The position numbers and the translations under genes were made by a program. This document shows positions 35,992 to 49,264 of a stretch of DNA of 64,000 bases, piece by piece (positions within the stretch are counted from its first letter, which is position 1; every line of letters begins with the position of its first letter). The stretch covers positions 620,001 to 684,000 of the forward strand of contig JAUFOQ010000005.1 of NCBI GenBank assembly GCA_040285855.1, in the 5' to 3' direction. The DNA is from Eukaryota sp. GEM-RC1. Taxonomy: Eukaryota. Under the pieces are notes generated by a model that did not search any database, had not been told where the DNA came from, and worked only from the letters and a program-made list of their open reading frames with translations.

Positions 35992-38608
35992 ATGGGTTGT
36001 TCCTCTTCTATTCCCGTCCAGCAAATAACAGACCAACCGCAAGACCTTACGCATCTTCGTAACTTTCTATTTGTTGATAATTCTGGCTGTGCTTCTGAAG
36101 TTCTTCAAATATCAGACGATTCTATCGTCCAGATTTGTCAAAAATGGGATCTAGATGAACTCGTATCTGAAATCGTAAAAGGCTTTAACCTCTTCAAAGA
36201 CCATCCTGAAAGTAAAGTGGTAACTCAACCCTCTGCCAAAGATTCTTCTGAGCCCTCTGCTAATGATTCTTCTTCTCTATGGACTCCAGAAGAAGTGGCT
36301 TTTTGGATCGGAACTAAGTTCTTCTTGTCGCAACAATCTTCCAATCTTGATCGGATCTCACATTCTCCTCTGCTTCTCTTTGAACCAAACTCTAACCGTA
36401 TATGCACTCCCTTCAAAGGGGAACTCCTCCGCAACATTAAACCTTTAAGCGAACACCAGCCGATGTCCTTCTCCTTTACTCCTGTAAGTGATGAAACATC
36501 TTCAGACCCTTCCGATTCACAATCTCTTTCTGATCTCTTGCTTACTTCGTTTGCTTCTTTCACCACTACAGTCTTCAAGATTCTTTCTCATCCTGACAAT
36601 TCCTTTCTTATCAATACTCCATGTCATCCTCTTTATCACATAGAAGATGAACTTAATCCCACCTCTATTACAAAGAAGTTATCGAGTATTTTCCTCTTTC
36701 TATTGGTTAAAACCACCACTTCATCTTCTTTCCTTTCCTTTTCTGCCCTTTCCAAATCCCTCAAAGTACCCAGTTTCTTTTCTTTCAGTTTTCCAAACTG
36801 TTTTTTCTACTTACTGTGATCCAACAGTTCCTAGACCCCTTAAACGTCTCAAAGTATCACGTGATATGTTAGATTTTGACCAAAATCAACCTATCAATTG
36901 TGATTTGATTGATGAAATGGTAGTTGAGTCATTGAAAGACCTCAGTTTAATTGATTCTCTTTTGTTTGATAGCTCAAAATCTACCCTAATCGATCAATTA
37001 ATGCCTAAATTGTTCAACATCACTGTTTTCTCTATTAATTCCTCCAACTGTTCTGATTCTTCTTTGATAAAGAGTTTTACAGACAACTTTCTCCCTTTGA
37101 CTGACAGTTTTATCTATATTCAGGCTGAATCTTATGTCAAAACTGTTGATTATGTACATGTTGTTACTTCCAAGTTTGTGATTTCTTTGGAAACGCCATT
37201 TAACCACCTTTTGTTCAGTCCTTTAAGAGATATTTTAATTTCTAAAGATCTTGTAAAGATTTTTAATGGTATTAATTGTGAACTCGTGGATCTTTTGCAT
37301 TATTTCTTTTCCATCCTGAAGATGTTGCTGAATATATTGAGTTTGACTCGATTTTGACAGTTTCTGAAAAGAAAATATATCAAAATCGTCAGAAATCGAT
37401 GATCTCTATTATAAATGCAGATTAGTTAAAGACAAGAACTTCTCAGAAGTCAATAGAATTCCTTATGATTCTCGTTTTGAATTTGACCCTGATTATTTGA
37501 AATTGATTGAACAACGAGAACCTCTCATATCTTATCTTGGTGACAAAGAAGCTAGTATGATTCCATCTCATATAACTGTCGACACTGAACCTCAGTACAA
37601 ATCTCCTTTAGGCGTAACTGTTTGTTCGATCTTGGATGAGTTTCCGAAAGTAGAAGGAGTTGTAGTCCGATTTGAGTTATCCAGAGCTTTAATGGAAGAT
37701 CGTATCCTCAAAATGTGTCAGGATATCAATCATTTCCATAATTTTTTCTCCGTCGAAGTCACAAGAGTTGATGCAATAGCTGTGATTTCTTTTACTTGTG
37801 CCAATTATCATCAACTGTTTGCTTTAGAATCATTAGTCAATGGTGACGTTTTTTCCGACATGAAATACGTCATCTATTTACTACTCGGACGAGTAAGACA
37901 ACTTTTCTTCCAGCTGACATTTACAATTTCCAAATTTTGGCGGTAAAACCAATTCCACCTAGTGTCCACGTTCTAAATTGGATTAAATCAATTGATTCGT
38001 TTTCAACAATTTTTCCTAATTTAAATAACTGGAACTTCTCCAAGAATTGGTATGCCTTTAATTTATCTATCAATCAGTCATTAAGTTTTTCTTTAAACGA
38101 AGATGATTTGTATTTTTGTATTTCTCAACCAGCAGAATTAGTTTCCGCTTCTAGTACCACTGACGTTCTAAAACGACTTGTAAAGGTATCATTTGCTGAG
38201 TTTATGCAAACTTCTACTGACCCCGACCCCAAGACAGTGAAAATTCCCAAGAATATTCCTGCTCCTACTAAAAAGCTCCAGTGGACTTCCATCAATCGGC
38301 TACTGCTTCCACCTGAACTTTTAACTAAACTTGCTATGTGTTTTGTCGCTTATATCGCTGATTTGACTGTGTGGAATTTGGATTTCAGTCATGGATGTTT
38401 ACATGGTCTGCTTTCCGAAATGATTAAGTTTTGTGAAACTCTTTATAATGCCCTTAAAAGAGAATCACAAGATTTCGAAGCAACAAGATCTGAATGTATT
38501 GCTTTTATTCGATGGATAATTGATCAACAAAGACCAATTAATGACGTCATTGGCCATACTTATAATAGATCAAGTCTTTTGCAATTATTTCGGAATCATC
38601 CACAGTAA
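35992..38608 (+). CDS. Tandem family member 2 (MGCSSS start; several single-base frameshifts)
   Basis: ORFs 35989-36819, 36647-37357, 37497-37946 and 37937-38608 align consecutively to member 1; breaks mostly in short base runs. Confidence 0.75.
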
Positions 38609-39070
38609 TTAACATTCAGATTATCCTACTGTTTTTGTTCGTAAAAGTTGACCAGTTGAGCCTTGGTTCAATCTATATTTTAATTATTGGTGTATCATAT
38701 CATTTTTTCGTGAAAAGTTTACCAAAAGTCTGTCAAAAATTTAAAGTAAATCTCTGATCATTAGTCACATGTTTGTAAAAGTGATACATATGTTAGGTCT
38801 TTTTTCGATCAATATGTAAAATTGAATTGTTTTAGAAAATATTGGACACGTTGTATGTTAGTTCCAGAGTAGATGTAGAACATTTGGTATCTTTGGAGTA
38901 CTCGTACTTCGTCTATTTCGTTAATTCCCTATCAAGGTTTTTGCAATTAAATTTAATAAATTACTTTTATGATTTTCTTAATATTATTGTTGTCCAACCA
39001 AGTTCTCCAATGTGTTATTTACTCAACAATCACGTTTTTTCCATCAACACACGTGCTTGTTATACATAAG

Positions 39071-39784
39071 GTTCTTAACTCCCAAATTTGTTTCTTTAAT
39101 TGGAAGCTTTTGTTAGGTGCGAGTAGCATTCTTTTAGTTTTTCAAAGGTGAAAAAACATAGTATATAATGTGTCATGGTTGATGTTTTAAGTTGTTGAAG
39201 GTAAGGTATTTGATCAATACTAAATATTGTCCTTTTAAAAGGAATTAAGGTCCTAATGGAAAATGGACATTGCCTCAAATTGACAACATCAACGTGTTCT
39301 CACAAAATGTTACAAATCTTGTGTTAGTAGGATATTAGATTCTTCTTTTAATCCGTTAACAGCTGCTGAAAAGCTCAAACACTCCAAGTATGACTCTCAA
39401 GTAGAAGAATTAAATTGAAACTCATATTCCAAATTTGTGTTTCAACCTTTTGCTGTTTCTCTCTTTGGATCTATTAGTCCTGCTGGTGATCAATTTTTCA
39501 AGGATTTCGATGATTTGTGTAAAGAAAAGAAGCGTAAGTTTAGAATGGCTGAATGGAAAAACCGTATAGTGTTTTCCATATATCGGAATATTCTTTTCTA
39601 TTTCTCTAGATTAATAGAGAAATTGTACAAGTTTGGTGTGAAGGTTAATGTTGATAAACGTCATCTTTTACCGGGTGGTGATGAAGTCGTTTGGATTTAA
39701 TCTTAGTATTATTTGTTTGTTTTTACAATTTCATAGTTTTGTAGGAAGGTTACCTTATTGGGTGCCGAATAAAGTAGTAGTATA
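39071..39784 (+). mobile_element. 5'-truncated non-LTR retrotransposon (CRE-like, restriction-like-endonuclease C-terminus)
   Basis: 13-bp direct repeat tgttatacataag at 39058-39070 and 39785-39797. Decayed peptide AAEKLKHSKY...FQPFAVSLFGSISPAGDQFFK resembles RLE-clade C-termini. 3' end has AATAAA then a (GTA)3 tail. Confidence 0.65.
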
Positions 39785-40173
39785 TGTTATACATAAGTAG
39801 GTTTGTATCTAATTCGAGTGATAGACACGCTATCTGGAAAAGTTATGATGTCTATTCACAATCCAGTACTTCGTTTTAGTAAATATCACTACAAGATAGA
39901 TCCAAAATGTGTTGTGGAATCAAAAGAGTTGAAACGTCATACACTGTCGCTTATAATGATTGCAGGTCCATAGATTGAGCATTATATAACACTTAAAGAA
40001 TACTTAGTGGTTACAAGAAATAGTGAGTGATAATAATCCAAGTCTGAGTTGCCGTTTAGTTACAAAAAATAAAGTCTCAGTTTACTACTAGTACGATCTG
40101 GTACATGTTGTTTGTGAAACTTCCCACACAATACATCACTTAAACATTTCGTAAAAATTCTTTGAACAGACCA

Positions 40174-43100
40174 ATGGGTATTTCCTCTTCTGTTCCCATC
40201 CAACGAACAACAGAACAGCCAATCCAACGAACAACAGAACATCCAATCCAACCAACAACAGATCAGTCACTTGATATACTTGCTCAACTTCGCCACTTCT
40301 TATTCCATGACAATGCTGATTGTGCTTCAGAAGTTCTTCAAACATCAGACGATTCTATTGCTGAGATTTGTGACAACTGGGATCTAGATGATGTTGAAGA
40401 AATCGTAAAAGGCTTCAACCTCTTCAAAGACCATCCAGAAACTAAGGTCGTCACTGTAACTGAACCCCCTGTCAATGATTCTTCTCTGTGTACTTCAGAA
40501 GAAGTTGCTTTTTGGATCGGTGTCAAGCACTTCTTGTCACAACAACCTTTTGGCCTCAACATCATCTTCCATTCTCCTCTACTGCTCTTTGAACCCAACT
40601 CCAACCGTATATGCACTCCCTTTAAAGGGGAACTCCTCCGCGAAGTTAAACCTCTAAGTGATCTCCGTCCAATGTCCTTCGCCTTTATTCCTATAGACAA
40701 AGATACGGATTTCGATCATTCTAACTCAAAATCTCTTTCTGATCTTATGCTTGCTTCTTTCACCACCACAGTCTTCAAGATTCTTTCTCATCCTGACAAT
40801 TCGTTTCTTATTAAAACTCCGTGTCATCCTTATTATCACATAGATGAAGATGAACTTAATCCCACCTCTATTACAAAGAAGCTATCGTGGGCTTTGCTCT
40901 TTCTATTGGTTAAAACCACCACTTCATCTTCTTTCCCCTTCGTCTCTGCCCTTTCAAATCCCTCAAAGTTTCCTGTCTATTTTCTTTCAGTTTTCCAAAC
41001 TGTTTTTTCTACTTACTGTGATCCAACACTGTCCAGACCCCTTAAACGTCTCAAAGTATCACGTGATATGTTAGATTTTGACCCCAATCAAACCATCAAT
41101 TGGGATTTGATTGATGAAATGGTAGTTGAGTCATTGAAAGACCTCAGTTTAATTGATGCTCTTTTGTCTGACAGCTCAAAATCTACCCTAATCAATCTAC
41201 TGATGCCTAAACTGTTCAACATCACTGTTTTCTCTATTAACTCCTCCAACTGTTCGGATTCTCTTTTGATAAAGAGGTTTACAGACAACTTTCTCCCTTT
41301 GACTGACAGTTTTGTCTGTATTCAGGCTGAATCTTATGTCAAAACTGTAGATTATGTACATGTTGTTACTTCCAAGTTTGTGATTTCTTTGGAAACGTCA
41401 TTTGATCGTCATTTATTCAGTCCTTTAAGAGATATTTTAATTTCTAAAGATCTTGTAAAGGTTTTCAAAGGTATTGATTGTGAACTCATGGATCTTTTAC
41501 ATTTTCATTGTTTGAATGCAGATGATATTGAAAATTTTATTGATTTTGACTCGATTTTGACCGGAGCAGAAACAGAAACGCTGTCCAAGAAATCTGACAG
41601 TGATGATCTCTTCCGTAAATACCTATTGATTAAGGACAAGACTTTCTCAGAAGTCAAACGAATTCCTTGTAAATCAGTGTTGAATTTCACTGACGATCAT
41701 GCTACTGTTAATTATCCAAGAAAAGCATTGTTATCTTTTCTTGGTGAAAGTGAAGCCTATATGATTCCATCTCATATACTTCTCGATACTAAACATCAGT
41801 ATAAATCTCCTTTAGGCGTAACTGTTTGTCCGATCTTGGATGAGTTTCCGAAAGTGGAAGGAGTCATAATACGATTTGACTTGCCTCTAGAAGTACTGAC
41901 GCCCAGGCTTCACTAAAGTGAGAAAGTACTTTAGTCACTTTACTTTACTTTCTCACTTTACTTTACTTTACTTGAAACGTCCAAAATAAGTAAAGTGACA
42001 AAACTTCAATGTTAGTTCGGTGATCACAGATGTCTAATAAAGCGATCATTACCCAATCTTTATTGTAGAAACTAACCAAAACTACAAAATATTAAACACC
42101 AAGCAAGTGAGTGCTTGTCTTTTAATATTAACATGGAATGACTCTTTGTGGATTTGGCATAGCTTATTATGTAGGAAGTTAAGGCAGCTACTTTGGCCAA
42201 ATTTTCAGGGATGTTAATGGCAGAGCAAAGCTTAACGGATCTTTTGGGTACATGATTTGGAACATAGTCCCCTCCATAGCCCATTTGTTGACCGAGTGAG
42301 TTGTCCCACAGAGCTTGCAGTAAAACCGAGCACAAGTTCTTGACAGTACTTCAACAATTTGACAGACTGGCCTCCATCCTTCGGAAGAAAATGAAGTCAT
42401 GGATATATGGGAAGAGGAAACTAAACACGAATATTTATTACAAAAACTGTTGAAAAGACGATTAAGATCGGGGCGTACTTTAATGGCCTTAAAGTAAATT
42501 TAAAGTGAAAGTAAAGTAGCGCTTAAAGTAAAGTAAACTACTTTACTTTACTTTAATTTTGAATTTCGAACTACTTTAGTGAAGCCTGCTGACGCCTAAT
42601 GTATGTACAATGCTTCAGTATTTCAATAATCTTCATGATTGTTTTTCTGTTGAAATCACTCAAATTGATGATAGTTTCACTGTTTCCTTCATCTGTAGCA
42701 ATTATCGACAACTCTTTACATTAGAATCATTATTTACTGGTGACGTCATCTTCAGACCTGAATTACGGAGCCTCCTTAAGGATCGTTGGATTAAAACTGA
42801 ATTGACACCAATTGATGCTCATGACTTTAACATCTTTGCGGTTCGTGATATTAGACCTAATATCCGATTGTTAGAATGGATCATGTCAATTCCGAAATTT
42901 TCATCAATTTTCCCTAATTTAAATTACTGGTTTTTTGACCAGTCGTCATCTGGTTTTGTTCTAAAGATTGCCAAATCTTATGATCCTTCTTTAAGTCAAT
43001 GTAAATTCTTCATTTCTCGACCAAATGGATTTCGGCCTTTTGATTCAGCTGATATACTTACAAAGCTTGTTCGTGTTGTGTTTATTGATTTCTTCACACA

Positions 43101-43473
43101 GATTTCTTCTGAAAAGAACATTGTTAATGTAGAAGAACATAATCCTTTCAAAAGCTTTGCTTGGACGCCTATTAATCGTTTAAATCTAGACTATTGTTCT
43201 GCAGTTAATTTGGCGTGTTGTTTTGCTACACGTATTGATGATTTTTCTCAGTGGAAAAGTGAATTCAGTCATGGTTATCTATATGGTGTAGTTTCTGATT
43301 TGACTGGCTTTTGTGAATCACTTTCTAATTGTTTGAAGGGAACTGAATCAGCTGACGTCATTTCCGAATCTTCTCGGCTCATTGAATTGGTAAGTAAGCA
43401 GAAAAGACCAATTGATGATATCATTGATAAATCCGATGATTGGACTTTTCTACAGTCCCTTTATAAACTTTAA
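40174..43473 (+). pseudogene. Tandem family member 3 (MGISSS start), interrupted by a hAT element at 41904-42588
   Basis: Removing the element and one TSD restores EVLTPNVCTMLQY (member 1: EVMTPNVSTMLQY); both halves are otherwise open. Confidence 0.88.
41904..42588 (-). mobile_element. Non-autonomous hAT deletion derivative (685 bp)
   Basis: Perfect TIR caggcttcactaaagt; exact 8-bp TSD ctgacgcc (41896-41903, 42589-42596); TTTAC/GTAAA subterminal arrays; minus-strand BED-like FYCKLCG remnant. Confidence 0.93.
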
Positions 43474-44400
43474 CAATCTTATCTCTTCAGTGAAGTTTAT
43501 TTACTGATTTTTATACATTCATTTTTTGTTTCTTTATTTCATCTGTAATTTCTTTTCGGCATTTCATTCGTAATCTAGTCAATGAACGTAAAGGAACAGT
43601 ACCAATGTCATTTTAGTCCCAAAGTTCTAGACACACAATTCGTGTACTGGTACTGTTCTTTTCACTGACTAAGATGGCTCAGGATTACCACAGAGAATTA
43701 GGTCACCATGATTGCACTTAGTCAAATTCTAAGAAGTTCTTATACACCCTTTCTCAACTTTCTCAAAATGACCGTGTTACATTCAAATGCGAAGATTGGA
43801 AATTACTGATTAACACCAACTGTATCGTCTTCCACTCATAATTAATTTAATGAGTGTGACTGCTAAGATGTAGTACCATTATAATGGGACCAAAAGCCCA
43901 GAAGTTGGGTTTCCAAATGTAGAAACAGCTGGTAATGTGGCTGATTTTGACGATTGGATGAACTTCCACTCTGTAAACAGTTTTTAAATCATTGTATTTT
44001 ACTCATAAATTAAATCTGTTTATATAAAACTAACTGACATCACTATGGATGTATTTTATGTACGTCCCAAATATTTGTGTACATTGAATCCCGTCAAGAA
44101 ACTCTGCAAAATTTCATCATCATAGTCAGGTTTACATAAAGTTGTACTGTAAATGATGTAACTTTTAAATTGTTCAAGTCTATAATTCTTAAATAGTCAG
44201 AATAATGATAAAGCGCAAGGCAAAACAATACCTCGACCTACTTTCTTGGCACTTTTCTTTACATGTTTTCAACCGGGGACGCTCGACAAGTGGATATTTT
44301 AATATAAAACCGGTTTGTTGCCCACACTCCAAACAAATTTTGTCTGGGAAGTGCTCAGAATTTCCTTACAAAATGTTGAGCAAAATAACCTACTAACTTA

Positions 44401-47400
44401 ATGGGATCTACATCGTCCATTCTCAACCAACCAACAACACAACAGCCAATCCAACCAACAACACCACAGTCACTCGATCCACTCGTACATGATGCACTTC
44501 ACCACTTCTTATTTTGTGATAACGCTGATTGCGCTTCTGTAGTTCTTGAGACATCCAACGCTTCTATAACTCTGATTTGTAACACCTGGGATCTAGATGA
44601 CCGTCTCGAAATCGAAATCGTTGAAGGCTTTAACCGCTTCAAAGATCATCCGAAAACTGAAGTCGTCACTGAACCCTCTGCCAATGAATCTTCTTCTCAA
44701 TGGACTCCAGAAGAAGTTGCTTTTTGGATAGGAGTCAAGTACTTTTTGTCACAACATTCTTGTGGTAACACCATCATCTCACATTCTCCTCTACTGCTCT
44801 TTGAACCCAACTCTAACCATGTATGCACTCCCTTCAAAGGGGAACTCCTCCGCAACATTAAACCTTTAAGCGAACACCAGCCGATGTCCTTTTCCTTTAC
44901 TCCTGTAAGTGATGAAACATCTTCAGACCCTTCCGATTCAAAATCTCTTTCTGATCTTTTGCTTGCTTCGTTTGCTTCTTTCACCACTACAGTCTTCAAG
45001 ATTCTTTCTCATGCTGACAATTCCTTCCTTATCAAAACTCCATGTCATCCTTATTATCACATAGATGAAGATGAACTTAATCCCACCTCTATGACAAAGA
45101 AGTTATCGTGTGCTTTGCTTTATTTATTGGTAAAAACCACTACTTCATCTTCTTTCCCTTTCTTTTCTGCCCTTTCAAATCCCTCAAATTACCCAGTCTA
45201 TTTTCTTTCAGTTTTCCAAACTGTTTTTTCTACTTACTGTGATCCAACACTATCCAGACCCCTTAAACGTCTCAAAGTATCACGTGATATGTTAGATTTT
45301 GACCCCAATCAACCCATCAATTGGGATTTGATTGATGATGTGGTGGTTGAGTCATTGAAAGACCTCAGTTTTTTTGATTCTCTTTTGTCTGACAGCTCAA
45401 AATCTACCCTAATCGATCAATTAATGCCTAAACTGTTCAACATCACTGTTTTCTCTATTAACTCGTCCAACTGTCGTGATTCTTCTTTGATAAAGAGTTT
45501 TACAGACAACTTTCTCCCTTTGACTGACAGTTTTGTCTATATTCAGGCTGAATCTCATGTCAAAACTGTTGATTATGTACATGTTGTTGGTTCCAAGTTT
45601 GTGATTTCTTTGGAAACGTCGTTTGATCGCCATTTGTTCAGTCCTTTAAGAAATATTTTAATTTCTAAAGATCTTGTAAAGGTTTTCAATGGCATTGATT
45701 GTGAACTTGTGGATCTTTTGCATTTTCATTGTTTGAATGCATGATGATATTCAAAATTTTGTTGATTTTGACTCGATTTTGACTGGATCAGAAAAAGAAA
45801 TGCTGTTCAAGAAATCTGACAGTGATGATCTCCTCCGTAAATACCTATTGATTAAGGACAAGCCTTTCTCAGAAGTCAAACGAATTCCTTGTAAATCAGT
45901 TTCGAAGTTCAATGACGATGATGACACAGTTAATGTCCAAAGAGAAGCATTTTTAGCTTTTCTTGGTGATGATGATGCCAGTATGATTCCATCTCTTATA
46001 ACTGTCGAGACTGAACCCCAGTATAAAACTTCATTTGATGTAACAGTTTGTCCGATCTTGGATGAGCTTCCGAAAGTAGAAGGAGTTGTAGTCCGATTTG
46101 AGTTGCCTCTAGAAGTAATGACTTCTACTGTATGTACAATGCTTCACTATTTCAATAATCTTCATAATTGCTTTTCTGTTGAAATCACTAGACTTTATGA
46201 AAGTTTTAGGGTTTCCTTCAATTGTGCTAATTACCAGCAGCTATTTACATTAGAATCATTAGTTAAAGGGAACGTCATCTTCCTACCTGACTTATGTTTT
46301 CCTTTTACTAATCGTTCCAGAAAGACGACATCTCAAATTTATATGCCTGCTGATATATATGATTTTAAACTAGTGGCGGTAAAACCAATTACACCTGGTT
46401 TCCCACTTTTAAATTGGATTGCATCCATTGATTCGTTTTCAACAATTTTGCCTAATTTAATTAACTGGAACTTCTCCGAGAATTGGTTTGCCTTTAATTT
46501 GAATCTTCGTCAATCATTAAGTCTTTCTTCCAATGTTTGTGATTTTGATTTTTATATTTCTCAACCAACAGAATTAATTCCATCTTTGACCACTAATTAC
46601 GTTCTGAAGGGTCTTGTTAAGGATTCCTTTGTGAAGTTTATCCACAAAAATTCCATTAACTCCGAGGTAGTGGAAATTCCCGAGAACATTTCCACTCCCA
46701 CTAAGAAGCTCCAGTGGACTTCCATCAATCGGCTACTGCTTCCACCGGAACTTTTAACTGAATTTGCTATGTGTTTTGCTTCTTGTATGACTGATTTGAC
46801 TAAGTGGAATTTGGATTTCAGTTATGGACGTTTACACGGTCTACTTTCCGAAATACTTAAGTTTTGTGAAACTCTTTATAATGCCCTTAAAACAGATCCA
46901 TTGGATTTCGAAGCAACAAGATCTGATTGTATTGATTTTATTAAATGTATAATTAAAGAACAAATATCAATTGATGATGGTGCGTTTGCATTTCCTACTA
47001 CCAATTTTCTGAGACAATTTGTTAAGGTGGCATTTACTGATTTTGTTAAAGAAAACTCTACTAAGTCTGAGGTAGTGAAAATTCGCAAGAAAATTACAAA
47101 TCCTTCTGGAGAGTTTTTGTGGATTTCTATCAATCAGTTAGAACTCCCACCCGAACTTATAACTAATCTTGCAGTGTGTTTTGCTTCTTTTGTGACTGAT
47201 TTGAGGTTGGATTTTAGTCATGAATGTTTATTTGGCCTGCTTTCCGAAATGCTTAAGTTTTGTGAAAACCTTTATAATGCCCTTAAAAGAAAACCATTAG
47301 ATTACGAGGCAACAAGATCTGATTGTATTGGTTTTATTAAATGTATAGTTGATCACCAAATACCAATTTATGATGGCTCGTGTGCTTCTGATCCCACCGG

Positions 47401-48251
47401 CTTTCTGGAAACAATTTTTTAAGTTGTCATTTACTGAATTTTTTCAAAAACACTCTACAAACTCCGAGGTAGTGCAAATTCCGGAGCATATTCCCAGTGC
47501 TCCCACTAAGAAGCTCCAGTGGAATTCTATCAATTGGCTACTGCTTCCACTTGAACTTTTAACTGAATTTGTTATGTGTTTTGCTTCTTTTATGGCTGAC
47601 TTGACTAAGTGGAGATTTGATTTGAGTTATGAATATTTACACGTTCTCCTTTCCGAAATGCTTAAGTTTTGTGAAACTCTTTATAATGCCCTTAAAAGAG
47701 AACCACTGGATTTCGAAGCAACAAGATCTGATTGTATTGATTTTATTAAATGTATAATTGATCACCAAATACCAATTCATGATGTTCCGTCTGGTTCTGA
47801 TCTAACCAACTTTCTGAAACTGTTTGTTAAGGTGTCATTTACCGATTTTATTCAAAGAAACTCTAATAACACCAAGGCAGTGGTAATTCCCAAGAGTATT
47901 CCCACGCCTATTCAAGAGCTCCAGTGGATTTCTATCAATCGGCTACTGCTTCCACCTGAACTTTTAACTGAATTTGCTATGTGTTATGCCGCTTATATCG
48001 CTGATTTGACTAAGTGGAATTTGGATTTCAGTCATGGATGTTTACATGGTCTGCTTTCCGAAGTACTGAAGTTTTGTGAAACTCTTTATAATGCCCTTAA
48101 AAGAAAACCACTGGATTTCAAAGCAACAAGATCTGATTGTATTGATTTTATTAAATGTATAATTGATCAAGAATTACCAATAGATGATATTATTGGCCAA
48201 ACGTATGATGGTTCAAGTCTTTTGCAGCTCTTCTCTGAACGTCAAGAGTAA
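44401..48251 (+). CDS. Tandem family member 4 (MGSTSS start, ~1280 aa, four copies of the C-terminal module; frameshifts ~45741 and ~47407)
   Basis: ORFs 44401-45744, 45737-47422 and 47349-48251 join by single extra bases. Confidence 0.8.
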
Positions 48252-49264
48252 CATTATTTTTCTGATGAAATTCATTAGTACTACAGTACTTGTATGTATA
48301 GTCCATCCTTGTTTGTATGAACACCTGTCGGTTTCACCATACGAGTAGAGTAAACTGTGCTTGACAAAAAAATCTTGAATGTTGAGCAGACTTACACAGT
48401 ATTTGTTCCTTTACTTGTTCATGCAACTGAATTCGTCCCTAATTCGGTTTCTCGGTTTTTTGTGTTTGTCAACAGTACAACGATAGTTCAACCCTCAGAC
48501 AGTGGTAAATGTTGACGACTTGTTTGTTGCTGCAGGTGATGCGGTTTTAGTGTGTATAATTGGTCTCTTTCAGGATCAAAAGAGCTGTTGTCTTTGTGCA
48601 CGGTTATACATACTATGAGAGAAGAACCTTTTATATAGGAAAGAACCTCTATGGATGTAAGGGGAAAGATAAAAACCTTATATGAAATTACACAATTCTA
48701 CAACTACAACACTCTCTTTTCTTCTTATTGGGTAATTCATATTAAAAATACACTAGTGAGATGTGACACTTCTTGTTTTCATGTGATGTTGATTGCGAGC
48801 TACAACATGGGCGTACTTGTGGTGTTGTGCTTTCCAAGCAGCGTCTAGTTTAGAGGGGTAGTTGAAGGACTACTAGCCTGAGGGGCATTTCTCAAATACT
48901 GCTTATGATCTGAGAGTTGTTTATGAAGAATCAATCTTTGGGTTTTTTAACGACAATGAATGGTGCTTTAATGATACTGAGTTTTAGTTTCTGTTCTTAT
49001 CTCATTGTAAATTGTATCTGTTTTAGATACCAAATATGAAAATTGAATCTAGTGATCCGTTTTCAAACTGCATGTAATAGTAGTAATTCAGTTTATGTTA
49101 AGTGAACGATGGAAAAATCGTTCAAAATTTAGTCGGATTGTTTGGATTTGGAAGACTAAATCCGACGAGAATATGAACAACGTTGGACGTGGGACACAAG
49201 ATCTTCTTTGGCAGAGGCCCACCAGTAGTCTGGACCTTCGAGAGCTTTTAAGCCAGAGGCGAGA

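Noticed and set aside
4422..48251. Widespread programmed frameshifting or true pseudogenisation of the long genes
   Set aside because: Slips go in both directions, fall mostly in homopolymers, mostly differ between paralogs and come without in-frame stops, which is the signature of long-read indel error.
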